The position numbers were made by a program, and so were the translations under genes. Under the pieces are notes generated by a model. The model saw nothing but the letters and a program-made list of their open reading frames with translations. It searched no databases and had not been told where the DNA came from. A DNA stretch of 62,103 nucleotides from Anaerolineales bacterium (GTDB taxonomy: Bacteria; Chloroflexota; Anaerolineae; Anaerolineales; UBA11858), in assembly GCA_050049875.1 (NCBI GenBank), contig JASFVL010000002.1, forward strand, positions 1 to 62,103. Reading direction: 5' to 3'. Shown in pieces: positions 8,737 through 17,727 of this stretch. Every line of letters starts with the position of its first letter. Within the stretch, counting starts at the first letter, position 1.

Positions 8737-9009
8737 ATGGACGTAGGTATGTTATGGTTTGACAACGATTCAAAATCTGATCTACCATCCAAAATTACAC
8801 GCGCGGCATCATATTACAACAAGAAATATGGCGTAAAGCCCAACCTTTGTTACGTGAACCCAAAAACGGTCTCAAACGGACACGCCAAGGAGGGCTTTAA
8901 GCAAATTGAGGCCAAATCAGGTGGCATCGAACTGCGAACCACTGAGTTGGTGCTTCCTAACCACTTCTGGATTGGTATTAACGGCAAGAACAACCATCCT
9001 GAAGAGTGA
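8737..9009 (+). CDS. Small hypothetical protein (90 aa), operon partner of the FtsK-like gene
   Basis: ATG 8737 lies 10 nt after the upstream stop and is preceded by AGGAG. Sequence begins MDVGMLWFDNDSKSDLPSKITRAASYYNKKYG. I do not recognise a domain. Confidence 0.55.
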   Translation: MDVGMLWFDNDSKSDLPSKITRAASYYNKKYGVKPNLCYVNPKTVSNGHAKEGFKQIEAKSGGIELRTTELVLPNHFWIGINGKNNHPEE

Positions 9010-9077
9010 AGCACTCGGGTTTTGCCAATTTGACTCCAATGCACGCCCCATGGCGCTATCGGAATCCTGTTTTGGAC

Positions 9078-10238
9078 CTACTTGCAGTAGATCAAGGCCG
9101 CTTGAGCCAGCAGTTTTGCGAGCTGGGAGAGGGATTCTAAATCAACCCATTCCTGATGAGCGTGTGCACCGCCTCCCACCGGTCCGATGACAACTGTTTC
9201 TATCCCAACCCCTGACAACAGCGCCGAATCCATCCAATAAGTCTCCCCAGTATATGGGGGTATGTCACCCAGCACATTTTTAGCAGCAGTCTCTATCACA
9301 TGTACAATTTCCGCATCGGGGGATACTTCAAAAGGTTCACGTACGAAAAATGACTCAACACCTGCTTTAAATTTAGGATCCGCACCCGATAGGCGGTCGA
9401 TGATCGCTTGAATCTCAGCGACCACCTGTTCTTCGCTCTCACTTGGCAGGGTACGACGCTCGATCAGCGCCGTGCAGGCAGCCGCATACATGCTCAGCTC
9501 TGTACCCCCTTGGATTTTAGATACATGCATCGACGGAGGACCGATCAGTGCATGTCTCTCACGGCGGGTCAGCTCCTGTATCAAAGCCTCTAGTTCGAAT
9601 AAAAAACGCCCCATCATAAGGTTAGCGTCAATCCCTTCCTCGAAACGGCTGCCGTGAGCAGCACGCCCCACTGTTTCCACTTCCAACCAGCTAAAACCCT
9701 TATGCGCCAGACAGATCTTCATCTGAGTTGGTTCCGTGACGATGGCACCATCTACTGAATAACGCTGCACCAAGTCAGCAGTGCCAATGCTTTCATACTC
9801 TTCGTCAGCCACCGCCGCGACCAACAGGTCACCGCCCAGTTCCACCCCCTCACCCACTAAGGCCTTGACCGCCGCCATGCAAGCCGCCAAGCTGCCCTTC
9901 ATGTCGTAAGCCCCACGTCCGTACAGCTTGCCTGCTCGAATATGCGGAGAAAATGGAGCTTTCATCCCTTCCACACCGACAGTGTCGGTATGGGCATTCA
10001 GCATCAGCGAACGACCGCCGCCACGCCCTTTCAGCTTACCCACCACGCTGATACGCCCAGGCTGCGGCTCGTGGGTTTCCACCCTTAAACCGAGTTGGCG
10101 CAGGTTATCAGCTACATAATCGGCTATCTCACTCTCACCCGCACCGCCAGTTGAAAGTGAAGGGTTTATCGAATTGATTTTCACCAAATCCGAGAGGGTT
10201 CGCACCAAGTATTGGCTGTCGACGCGCAAATTGTCCAT
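9078..10238 (-). CDS. M20 family metallopeptidase (ArgE/DapE-type deacylase)
   Basis: 386 aa with motifs LNAHTDTV, GRGAYDMKGSLAA, ADEEYES and GGGAHAHQEWV. Confidence 0.85.
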   Translation of the reverse strand: MDNLRVDSQYLVRTLSDLVKINSINPSLSTGGAGESEIADYVADNLRQLGLRVETHEPQPGRISVVGKLKGRGGGRSLMLNAHTDTVGVEGMKAPFSPHIRAGKLYGRGAYDMKGSLAACMAAVKALVGEGVELGGDLLVAAVADEEYESIGTADLVQRYSVDGAIVTEPTQMKICLAHKGFSWLEVETVGRAAHGSRFEEGIDANLMMGRFLFELEALIQELTRRERHALIGPPSMHVSKIQGGTELSMYAAACTALIERRTLPSESEEQVVAEIQAIIDRLSGADPKFKAGVESFFVREPFEVSPDAEIVHVIETAAKNVLGDIPPYTGETYWMDSALLSGVGIETVVIGPVGGGAHAHQEWVDLESLSQLAKLLAQAALIYCK

Positions 10239-10295
10239 AAATCAGCTCCCGCTAGTCATTTACGGTTGCTGCGCCGCAGAAGGGCGCTCAACCGG

Positions 10296-11300
10296 TTATT
10301 GTGCGTTGGTTAAATCCACGATCAGGGTATCTAAAGCCAGGTCCCCCTCCATTTGACCGGTCTTTATGGCCTCGTCCACTTCCAGCAAACGGTGGTAAAT
10401 GTCCTCCAAAGTGGGTAGTGAAAAATGGTGGACTTGAGTTATCACCTTACGGGCAACAAAGGGGTGGATCTTCAAACGTTGAGCGACCTCGTCCTGCTTA
10501 AAGCCAGCGTTGAGCAACTCCCGGGTGAGCAGCAGCAGTCGGAATTGGCGCACAACCATCCCAAACAAACGCAAGGGATCATCCTCCACCAGCAAACGGT
10601 GCAACATTCGCTGCGCTACTTGCCCGTTTTTATTCCCCAAAGCATCCACCATGGCGAAGACATCTCCGCGCCCCAGGTAACCGGTCAGGTGCTCCACATC
10701 ATCCACGTCCACGGGGCGACTGTAGTTCACATAGGCCAATAATTTCTCGACCTCTTGAACCGCCTGGCGAGGTTCATCAGCTACCATGCTGGCCAGCAAG
10801 GCGGCAGCCTGCGGACTGAACTCCCCGCCCCTAGCTCTGGCTTCTTCCTGGATCCAATGTCCCATCTGCGCGCCGCGCGGGATTGAAAATTCACGCACGA
10901 AAGCACGTTCCCCCGCGGCACGTGCCCATTTCTCCAACCAGTGGCTTTTGCCTCTCCTGCGGGCGCGGTAGTCCACCAAGGGGCGATTGATCACCAGCAC
11001 CAGTGCCGCGCTAGGTGGCAATTCATCCAGAAGAGTCAAGAATTTCTCCCGCAGGGGTTGGCTCTTCATTTGGGCGAGCGGGTCGCTCAGCACCACCATA
11101 CGGCGATTAGCCAGGAAAGGCGCAGCGTGAGCAGCTGCAACCAGTTCTTCCAGGCGCAAGGAACTACCATCCATATAGGTAATATTCATCTCCGCAGTGG
11201 CTGCATCCTCATAATTCGCCTGGATGTCGGCCAGGAACTGGGAGATGGCGTATTCGTTATCCCCATGCAGGATGTAAACCACCGGGGCTTTCTCAGCCAT
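10296..11300 (-). CDS. holA: DNA polymerase III delta subunit
   Basis: Track ORF trimmed to ATG 11300, because the GTG at 11306 overlaps the upstream stop. N-terminus PVVYILHGDNEYAISQF is HolA-like. Length is about 334 aa. Confidence 0.8.
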   Translation of the reverse strand: MAEKAPVVYILHGDNEYAISQFLADIQANYEDAATAEMNITYMDGSSLRLEELVAAAHAAPFLANRRMVVLSDPLAQMKSQPLREKFLTLLDELPPSAALVLVINRPLVDYRARRRGKSHWLEKWARAAGERAFVREFSIPRGAQMGHWIQEEARARGGEFSPQAAALLASMVADEPRQAVQEVEKLLAYVNYSRPVDVDDVEHLTGYLGRGDVFAMVDALGNKNGQVAQRMLHRLLVEDDPLRLFGMVVRQFRLLLLTRELLNAGFKQDEVAQRLKIHPFVARKVITQVHHFSLPTLEDIYHRLLEVDEAIKTGQMEGDLALDTLIVDLTNAQ

Positions 11301-11302
11301 TC

Positions 11303-11839
11303 TCACCCCCGGGTCAACACTCGATGCGCTTTCATGCGCCCACGGCGGGTGGGGATGATTTCAACTACTTCCAAACTGCCGATCTCACCCGAGGTGGTAA
11401 GATTTTTCTGTGCCAAAAGTCCTAATGGCTGCGCCAGCATCAGCGCCAGGGTCGCTAAGGTCACCACCAGTGGAAAACGATCTAACTTATCGCGCCAGCG
11501 CTGACCGGCACCCCACATTCCAGCCACCCCCGCCAAACCAGCCAAGATTCCTGCGGTGACGAAATTGGTGCCGCAGTTGGGGTGGATTGCCAGATTGTGC
11601 TCTCCCGCCCGTAGGCGCTCCGCAGCCTCGTGGATTGCTGAGCGCAGTTCCTCCGTAGGGATGTCTCCCAATAACCAGAAACCCTGGACATCAGAATGTC
11701 CAGCCATATTGTGACCTGGCTTGCGCTGTGCCAAAAGATGCAGGGTGGCGTGTTCCAGCCCATGATTGCGGCGCACACGCCAAACGAATGGGATATTGAG
11801 AATAGTTTGCAACCAACTCGAATCAGAAATAGAAGACAT
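11303..11839 (-). CDS. Conserved hypothetical membrane protein (RRNHGLEHAT / HPNCGTN motifs; possibly DUF6391-like)
   Basis: Start moved to ATG 11839, which has GGAGG 5 nt upstream. Two conserved His/Cys motifs and hydrophobic C-terminal helices. Stop overlaps the holA start region. Confidence 0.6.
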   Translation of the reverse strand: MSSISDSSWLQTILNIPFVWRVRRNHGLEHATLHLLAQRKPGHNMAGHSDVQGFWLLGDIPTEELRSAIHEAAERLRAGEHNLAIHPNCGTNFVTAGILAGLAGVAGMWGAGQRWRDKLDRFPLVVTLATLALMLAQPLGLLAQKNLTTSGEIGSLEVVEIIPTRRGRMKAHRVLTRG

Positions 11840-11965
11840 GCTCACCTCCAATGTACCCGATTATACCCGCAGATTAAGACGCAGAGCGATCAATAGCATT
11901 AAGGAGATTTGTTACCATGCCCACACCAACATAGATATTGGGGGATGGGCTTGGCTTCGGTTCGG

Positions 11966-12016
11966 CCCCAAAAACACACCCCACGTTCTTCTTCCTGACA
12001 AGTCTTGCGTGCACAA
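11966..12016 (-). repeat. Truncated copy C of the MITE-like element (left half only, inverted)
   Basis: The reverse complement reads TGTGCACGCAAGACTTGTCAGGAAGAAGAACGTGGGGTGTGTTTTTGGGG. This matches the left arm of copies A and B. I found no right arm. Confidence 0.5.
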
Positions 12017-12080
12017 CAACACTAAAATATACTTTCTTTTGGTATTTTCCTGAGTATAATGTACGCCAAAGGGAAACCCT

Positions 12081-12917
12081 ATGCACAAACTCGTAATCTT
12101 GATTGAAGCTTTGGACGACTCATACCAACTGGACGAGAAGTGGCCCCAGTTCCTGCAATTGGCTGAGGACATGCCGGACTTGAAACGCGAGGCTACCATT
12201 CGAGTGAACACGCTCCTTTATGGGGATTGGAACGTGGGGATGATCCACGAACTGTATTTCGACTCGCTGGAGGAATTGCGTAAAGCGATGTCCTCACCCC
12301 AAGGGCAAGCTGCGGGTCAAATTCTCCAGCAGATCACCGGTGGTCGCGTGACGCTGCTCATCGCCGACCACAAAGAGGATACAATCGAGAATCTGCGCCG
12401 GCATAAAGGTGCAGCCGGGGAGATCTTAGAACTCACTCCCGAAGATTTGCAAGCATACATGCAAGCCCATGAGATCCAAGGCGAAATACTACAAATGGAC
12501 GCCCCTACCCCCACCGTGACGACCGCCGCCCAAGCAGTAGGCGCCAGCCCGGAGCAGATTGTAAAAACGCTACTCTTCATCGTTGACGACAAAGAGGGTG
12601 TGCTAGCCATCACCTGCGGCACGGTCACCGTAGACCGGCGCGTCATCGCTGGGCTTTACGATGTCGGGCGCAAAAAGGTCAGCCTAGCCTCCCCTGAGAA
12701 AGTCTTGGAGATGACTGGGTATCCGGTGGGCACCGTTCCTCCTTTCGGTCTCCACCAATCCTTACGCGCGTTGATGGACCCGCGCGTTTTGGAACACGAG
12801 CAAGTGTACGCCGGCGGTGGTTCCAAAAGAACTTTGGTGCGCACCTCACCCGAGGACATATTGCGAGCAGCCCAGGCTGAAATTATGGACTTGCACACAC
12901 CCCCTAGCGAAGACTAG
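12081..12917 (+). CDS. Fusion protein: EthD-like (TIGR02118-type) N-domain + YbaK/ProX-type aminoacyl-tRNA deacylase C-domain
   Basis: N-terminus has HELYFDSLEELRKAMSSPQGQAAGQILQQITGGRVTLLIADH. C-terminus has IVKTLLFIVDDKEGVLAITCG..TGYPVGTVPPFG..VYAGGGS. Confidence 0.7.
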   Translation: MHKLVILIEALDDSYQLDEKWPQFLQLAEDMPDLKREATIRVNTLLYGDWNVGMIHELYFDSLEELRKAMSSPQGQAAGQILQQITGGRVTLLIADHKEDTIENLRRHKGAAGEILELTPEDLQAYMQAHEIQGEILQMDAPTPTVTTAAQAVGASPEQIVKTLLFIVDDKEGVLAITCGTVTVDRRVIAGLYDVGRKKVSLASPEKVLEMTGYPVGTVPPFGLHQSLRALMDPRVLEHEQVYAGGGSKRTLVRTSPEDILRAAQAEIMDLHTPPSED

Positions 12918-12945
12918 CTCTGCAGGGTCGTGCACTGAATTTCCA

Positions 12946-13689
12946 ATGAGATCACCCACCTCGCGCTCCAAATCAACACTGCGCATTGTGCTTTCCGTTG
13001 CCTTCGTGGTCTTCCTGGTGGTGGGTTATTTTGTTTACCGCTGGTACCATCTCAGCGGCAGGCGCACCACCAACCTGATGCTCTGGCTGCGGAATCCCAA
13101 CGCTTACCCCGATTGGGAAGTGCCCGCCAAGACGCGTTGCGGAGAAGCTCCTTTCCTGATGCCCACTAGCGGGTACATCGGCTTCGTATGGGGTGATTCC
13201 TTCCGCCCAGGACACAACCATCAGGGGCTGGACATTTTCGGCGGTCAAGAAGCGGGTTCGACCCCTGTTTACGCAGCCCACGACGGCTACTTGAGTCGCC
13301 TGCCGGACTGGAGGTCATCCCTGATCATCCGCATCCCCCAGGACCCCCTCTCCCCCAGCCGGCAGATTTGGACGTACTACACCCACATGGCCGACCGCAG
13401 GGGGGAATCCTACATCGCCCCTAAATTCCCTCCGGGCACATCGGATGTCTTCGTCGAGGCCGGCACCTTGCTCGGCTACCAGGGGGACTACTCAGGCGAT
13501 CCCAACAACCCGGTGGGCGTGCACCTGCACTTTTCCATCGTATTGGACGATGGGCAAGGTTCCTTCCGCAACGAACTGAAATTTCAAAACACCCTCGACC
13601 CTTCTCCCTATCTGGGCATGCCGCTGGACGCCCGTACCAACCGCGCTCAGATTCCGATTTGTGATGAGTCTATGCCCATCAGCAACTAG
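12946..13689 (+). CDS. M23 family (LytM-type) metallopeptidase with N-terminal TM anchor
   Basis: Track ORF 12817-13689 trimmed to ATG 12946, which avoids overlap with the upstream gene. Motifs HQGLDIFG, PVYAAHDGYL and GVHLHFSI. Confidence 0.85.
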   Translation: MRSPTSRSKSTLRIVLSVAFVVFLVVGYFVYRWYHLSGRRTTNLMLWLRNPNAYPDWEVPAKTRCGEAPFLMPTSGYIGFVWGDSFRPGHNHQGLDIFGGQEAGSTPVYAAHDGYLSRLPDWRSSLIIRIPQDPLSPSRQIWTYYTHMADRRGESYIAPKFPPGTSDVFVEAGTLLGYQGDYSGDPNNPVGVHLHFSIVLDDGQGSFRNELKFQNTLDPSPYLGMPLDARTNRAQIPICDESMPISN

Positions 13690-13699
13690 AGGTAAAACT

Positions 13700-14257
13700 A
13701 TGACAAAAATCCCCGAACACTTGAAAAAAGAAGTGATGAAATGGCGCAGCTTGGAACGGGAGCGTCCGAAAGAGATTGAAAAGCCAGGACCCGGGCAAGA
13801 ATCGGTCTGGGATTACCCTAGACCGCCGCGAGTCGAAGCCTGTGAGCATCTCATCCGGGTTGAATTCGCCAATTTGGTCATCGCGGAGAGCAGGCGCACA
13901 TACCGGGTTCTGGAAACCTCTAGCCCGCCGGCTTATTACCTCCCCCCACAGGACATTAAGAGTGAATATCTACAGGCCAGCAACCATACCACCCTGTGCG
14001 AGTGGAAAGGGGTCAGTCAGTACTGGTCCGTACGCGTTGGAAAGCGCCGCGCCACAAACGCCGTTTGGAGCTATCCCAACCCATGGGAGGGCTTCGAGGC
14101 GATCAAGGACTATCTGGCCTTCAACGCCAGCAAGATGGGCGCCTGCTACGTGAACGACCAGCGGGTCACCCCCCAACCGGGAAATTATTACGGCGGGTGG
14201 ATCACCCCTGAGATCGTGGGCCCCTTCAAGGGCTCCCCCGGAACCGAGCACTGGTGA
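13700..14257 (+). CDS. DUF427 domain-containing protein
   Basis: Trimmed to ATG 13700. Motifs WDYPRPPRVE, YYLPPQDI, CEWKGVSQYWSV and DYLAFNASKM. Confidence 0.8.
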   Translation: MTKIPEHLKKEVMKWRSLERERPKEIEKPGPGQESVWDYPRPPRVEACEHLIRVEFANLVIAESRRTYRVLETSSPPAYYLPPQDIKSEYLQASNHTTLCEWKGVSQYWSVRVGKRRATNAVWSYPNPWEGFEAIKDYLAFNASKMGACYVNDQRVTPQPGNYYGGWITPEIVGPFKGSPGTEHW

Positions 14258-14296
14258 ACCCTCAAAAGGGAGAAAAAAAGCGAGGCAGAAGCTTTC

Positions 14297-15046
14297 ATGA
14301 GCGAGTTTAGCGACCAAATTGTCCTGATCACTGGAGCAGGGCGAGGGACAGGCAGAGTGATCGCCCTGGCATTCGGGGAACAGGACGCGGTTGTGGCAGC
14401 CAACGACATCACTCCCATCAACGCGGATCAAACGGTGGAAAGCATCACGACTGCCGGGGGGCGCGCTAAAACCTACCTGGCGGACGTAGCTAAGAAAATG
14501 CCCACCCAACGCATGATCAGCGAAGTTCTGGAGGACTGGGGCAGGATTGACATCTTGGTGAACAACGCGGGGGTATCACCACACGCCGAATTCTTGAACC
14601 TGGACGAGTGGGATTGGCGGCGGGCGCTGGACGTCAATCTCTCCGGACCTTTCTTCACCATGCAGTCCGTGGGGCGCGTCATGCGGGAGGCTGGCGGCGG
14701 GGTGATAGTCAACATCGCTGCGGACACCCGGCAAGCTTGGAGCGACCAAGCCGCTTTCGTCGCCAGCAAAGCCGGCCTGATCGGCTTGACCCGTCAAGCC
14801 GCCCAAGAGCTGGCAGCCTACAAAATTCGCGTCAACGCCATCTGCCCACAAGCCCTCTATCCCGACAGCGGCTCTCAAGGGGAAGGTAGACCCACAGCGC
14901 CTACGCCTCGCCATCTTAAAAGCCAAGTTGCCAATGCGGACGAAGTCGCCCAGCAAGTTCTCTTTTTGTGCAGCCAAGCCGCCAGTCACATCAGCGGACA
15001 AGTCATCGACCTATCCGAGAGCCTTGATCCGCCTGTGGATGTATAA
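14297..15046 (+). CDS. SDR family oxidoreductase (FabG-like)
   Basis: 249 aa with ITGAGRGTGRVIA, NNAG and a catalytic S..Y..K-type region (ASKAGLIGLTR). Confidence 0.88.
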   Translation: MSEFSDQIVLITGAGRGTGRVIALAFGEQDAVVAANDITPINADQTVESITTAGGRAKTYLADVAKKMPTQRMISEVLEDWGRIDILVNNAGVSPHAEFLNLDEWDWRRALDVNLSGPFFTMQSVGRVMREAGGGVIVNIAADTRQAWSDQAAFVASKAGLIGLTRQAAQELAAYKIRVNAICPQALYPDSGSQGEGRPTAPTPRHLKSQVANADEVAQQVLFLCSQAASHISGQVIDLSESLDPPVDV

Positions 15047-15132
15047 TAATGAAACCCAAAGTCCATTTGAGAACAGGGAGAACAGGAATCTCAAATTAAC
15101 TCTTCAAAAAGACAACCTCACCGGAGACCAAT

Positions 15133-15909
15133 ATGCCCAGCGAAAAAAACGTCCTAACCGAAACCCACGAGCGGGTTGGTTTGATCCGTCTCAATCGCCC
15201 GCAAGCCTTGAACGCTCTCAACAGCGCGCTGCTACAGGAATTGATGGATGCGCTAGAAGCCTTCGACGCGGACGAAGCCATCGGAGCGATGGTCATCGTC
15301 GGCAACGATAAAGCTTTCGCCGCCGGCGCGGACATCAAGGAGATGGCGACCGCCTCCGCAGTGGAGATGCTGAAGAGCGATTTCATCCCCGCTTTTGCAC
15401 GCATCCATGAGATTAAAAAGCCCATCATCGCAGCGGTCTCGGGCTGGTGCCTGGGGGGTGGCAACGAACTGGCCATGGCTTGTGACATGATTGTGGCCTC
15501 TGAAAAAGCCCGTTTTGGGCAGCCCGAGATCAACCTGGGCGTGATCCCCGGAGCAGGCGGCACCCAGAGGCTGACCAAAGCGGTCGGCAAAGCCATCGCC
15601 ATGGAGATGGTGCTCAACAACCGCACCTTGAACGCTGAGGAGGCCCTGGGCTTCGGGCTGGTCAACCGTGTAGTCCCCGTGGAGCGCTATTTGGAGGATG
15701 CCTTGGAACTGGCGAACGAGATTGCAGTGCGTGCTCCCTTAGCCGTCCAATTCGGCAAAGAAGCGGTTAACCACGCTTTTGAATCCTTCCTCTCCGACGG
15801 GCTCGCTGACGAGCGCCGGTCTTTCTTCTTCCTGTTCGCCTCACAAGACCAAAAAGAGGGCATGTCCGCTTTTGTCGAAAAACGCAAACCCGAATGGAAA
15901 GGGGAGTAG
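15133..15909 (+). CDS. Enoyl-CoA hydratase/isomerase (crotonase) family
   Basis: 258 aa with KAFAAGADIKEM, GWCLGGGNELAMACD, FGQPEINLGVIPGAGGTQRL and EGMSAFVEKRKPEW. Confidence 0.9.
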   Translation: MPSEKNVLTETHERVGLIRLNRPQALNALNSALLQELMDALEAFDADEAIGAMVIVGNDKAFAAGADIKEMATASAVEMLKSDFIPAFARIHEIKKPIIAAVSGWCLGGGNELAMACDMIVASEKARFGQPEINLGVIPGAGGTQRLTKAVGKAIAMEMVLNNRTLNAEEALGFGLVNRVVPVERYLEDALELANEIAVRAPLAVQFGKEAVNHAFESFLSDGLADERRSFFFLFASQDQKEGMSAFVEKRKPEWKGE

Positions 15910-15954
15910 CGGAACAGCTCTTAAAAACCTAGGCATGCGCTCCCTAGGCCAATC

Positions 15955-16752
15955 ATGGTCACATACCGAGATCTCAACGCAGCCCTTCGACAGCTCTCTC
16001 TGGACCGCACAAAGCCAGTGATCGCCCACGCTTCCCTGTCGGCGTTCGGCAAGGTGCAGGGCGCCGCCGCCACGCTGCTTGGGGCTACCCTCTCGAACGT
16101 TGAGGGCCTGATCATGCCCACCTTCACTTACAAGACCATGGTCATCCCCCAAGTAGGCCCCCCAGATAACGGATTGTCCTATGGGAGCACCCCCAAAAAG
16201 AACCGCTTAGCCAAATTCTACTGGCCCGACATGCCCGCTGACCGCCTGATGGGGGTGGTGGCGGAGACCTTGAGGCAACACCCGCGGGCACAGCGCTCCA
16301 ACCATCCGATCTTATCTTTTGCAGGGATCAACGTCGATCACACCCTGGAAGCTCAAACGTTGACTAACCCTTTGGGCGTGATCGAACAATGCCTGGAAGA
16401 TCAAGGCTGGGTGCTGCTTTTAGGTGTGGACCACACTGTCAACACCAGCATCCATTACGGCGAGAAAGTGGCAGGGCGCAAACAATTCACACGTTGGGCG
16501 CTAACTCCGCAGGGGATGGTGGAATGTCCGGGGTTCCCGGGCTGTTCGCACGGTTTCAACGCCATCGCGGCGCACCTGGAGAGCTGGACCCGCCAAACTC
16601 AGGCCGAAGGCGTCGTGATCCAAGCCATTCCGTTGGTTGAGTTAATCCATACAGTTGTAGAATTGATTTCAGAAGACCCTCAAGCCCTGCTGTGTGATAA
16701 AGTTGATTGCCAGCGCTGCAGTTCGGTGCGCGCTGGGGTCGCGACAGCTTAA
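15955..16752 (+). CDS. AAC(3) family N-acetyltransferase
   Basis: 265 aa. N-terminus L..LGL..G..VIAHASLSAFG, then LIMPTFTY, and NTSIHYGE in the middle, all typical of the AAC(3)/YokD family. Confidence 0.75.
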   Translation: MVTYRDLNAALRQLSLDRTKPVIAHASLSAFGKVQGAAATLLGATLSNVEGLIMPTFTYKTMVIPQVGPPDNGLSYGSTPKKNRLAKFYWPDMPADRLMGVVAETLRQHPRAQRSNHPILSFAGINVDHTLEAQTLTNPLGVIEQCLEDQGWVLLLGVDHTVNTSIHYGEKVAGRKQFTRWALTPQGMVECPGFPGCSHGFNAIAAHLESWTRQTQAEGVVIQAIPLVELIHTVVELISEDPQALLCDKVDCQRCSSVRAGVATA

Positions 16753-16775
16753 CGCAAAATCGGAGCAGTGTCATC

Positions 16776-17726
16776 ATGGCAAAGAACAACAAACCTCGAA
16801 TTCGTCTGCGTCTACCTTCCACGAGAGCCTTCACCCAAGAAGCTCGAAAGACCGAAGACTACTCTCTCTTCGATTTGCTGCACGGGTACGTCTACCTGCG
16901 CTGGCCCTATCTGTACATCGGCGTGGGCACAAGCGCGCACCCCTTGACGCGTTATCTGCGCCCTTTAGCTAATTTTTTGGGAAAGCTTTTCCTACCCCAA
17001 AGCGATAACGGCTCGCCCCGGGAGGATTTCGCCGACACCTACCACGGCAAAGTAGTCCCTTTGGAAGCCGCCACGCAGTTGGTCAGCGTCCAGGAGGACA
17101 TCCGTCTGACAGATCTGGAGCACATCATCCCTTACCAGCGCGCCCGCGACATCATCTTGAAGAACCCAGATCACATCGCCGTCCTGGAGTGTCCCTGCCG
17201 GGCATCCCGGGAGGATCCGTGCCTGCCCCTTGACGTCTGTCTGATCATTGGCGAACCCTTCGCCAGCCTGGTTACCGAGCACCATCCCGAACGTTCCCGC
17301 TGGATCAGCTCAGGGGAAGCAATCGAGATTCTGCAAGCGGAGCACGAGCGCGGCCACATCCACCACGCCTTTTTCAAGGATGCCATGCTGGAGCGCTTTT
17401 ACGCCATTTGCAACTGCTGTTCCTGCTGCTGCGGGGCGATGAAAGCCTGGCAGAATGGAACCCCTATGCTGTGCTCATCCGGGTACGTCAGCCATGTTGA
17501 TATCGATTTATGCATCCAATGTGACACGTGCAGCCAGCTGTGCCAATTTGAAGCTATCACCCGGGATGAATATGACTATCCCGTTGTGAACCAGGAAAAA
17601 TGTATGGGGTGCGGTGTTTGTGTGTCGCATTGTCCTGAAGAGGCTTTTTCATTGGTTAGGGATACATCCAAAAGTGAACCGTTGGTGATAGAAGATCTCA
17701 TCGCTGGTCAGAAGTTGTTAGATTAA
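16776..17726 (+). CDS. Cys-rich 4Fe-4S dicluster domain-containing protein
   Basis: Trimmed to ATG 16776. Contains ECPCR, CNCCSCCCG and two ferredoxin motifs (CIQCDTCSQLC and CMGCGVCVSHCP). Confidence 0.75.
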   Translation: MAKNNKPRIRLRLPSTRAFTQEARKTEDYSLFDLLHGYVYLRWPYLYIGVGTSAHPLTRYLRPLANFLGKLFLPQSDNGSPREDFADTYHGKVVPLEAATQLVSVQEDIRLTDLEHIIPYQRARDIILKNPDHIAVLECPCRASREDPCLPLDVCLIIGEPFASLVTEHHPERSRWISSGEAIEILQAEHERGHIHHAFFKDAMLERFYAICNCCSCCCGAMKAWQNGTPMLCSSGYVSHVDIDLCIQCDTCSQLCQFEAITRDEYDYPVVNQEKCMGCGVCVSHCPEEAFSLVRDTSKSEPLVIEDLIAGQKLLD

Positions 17727-17727
17727 A

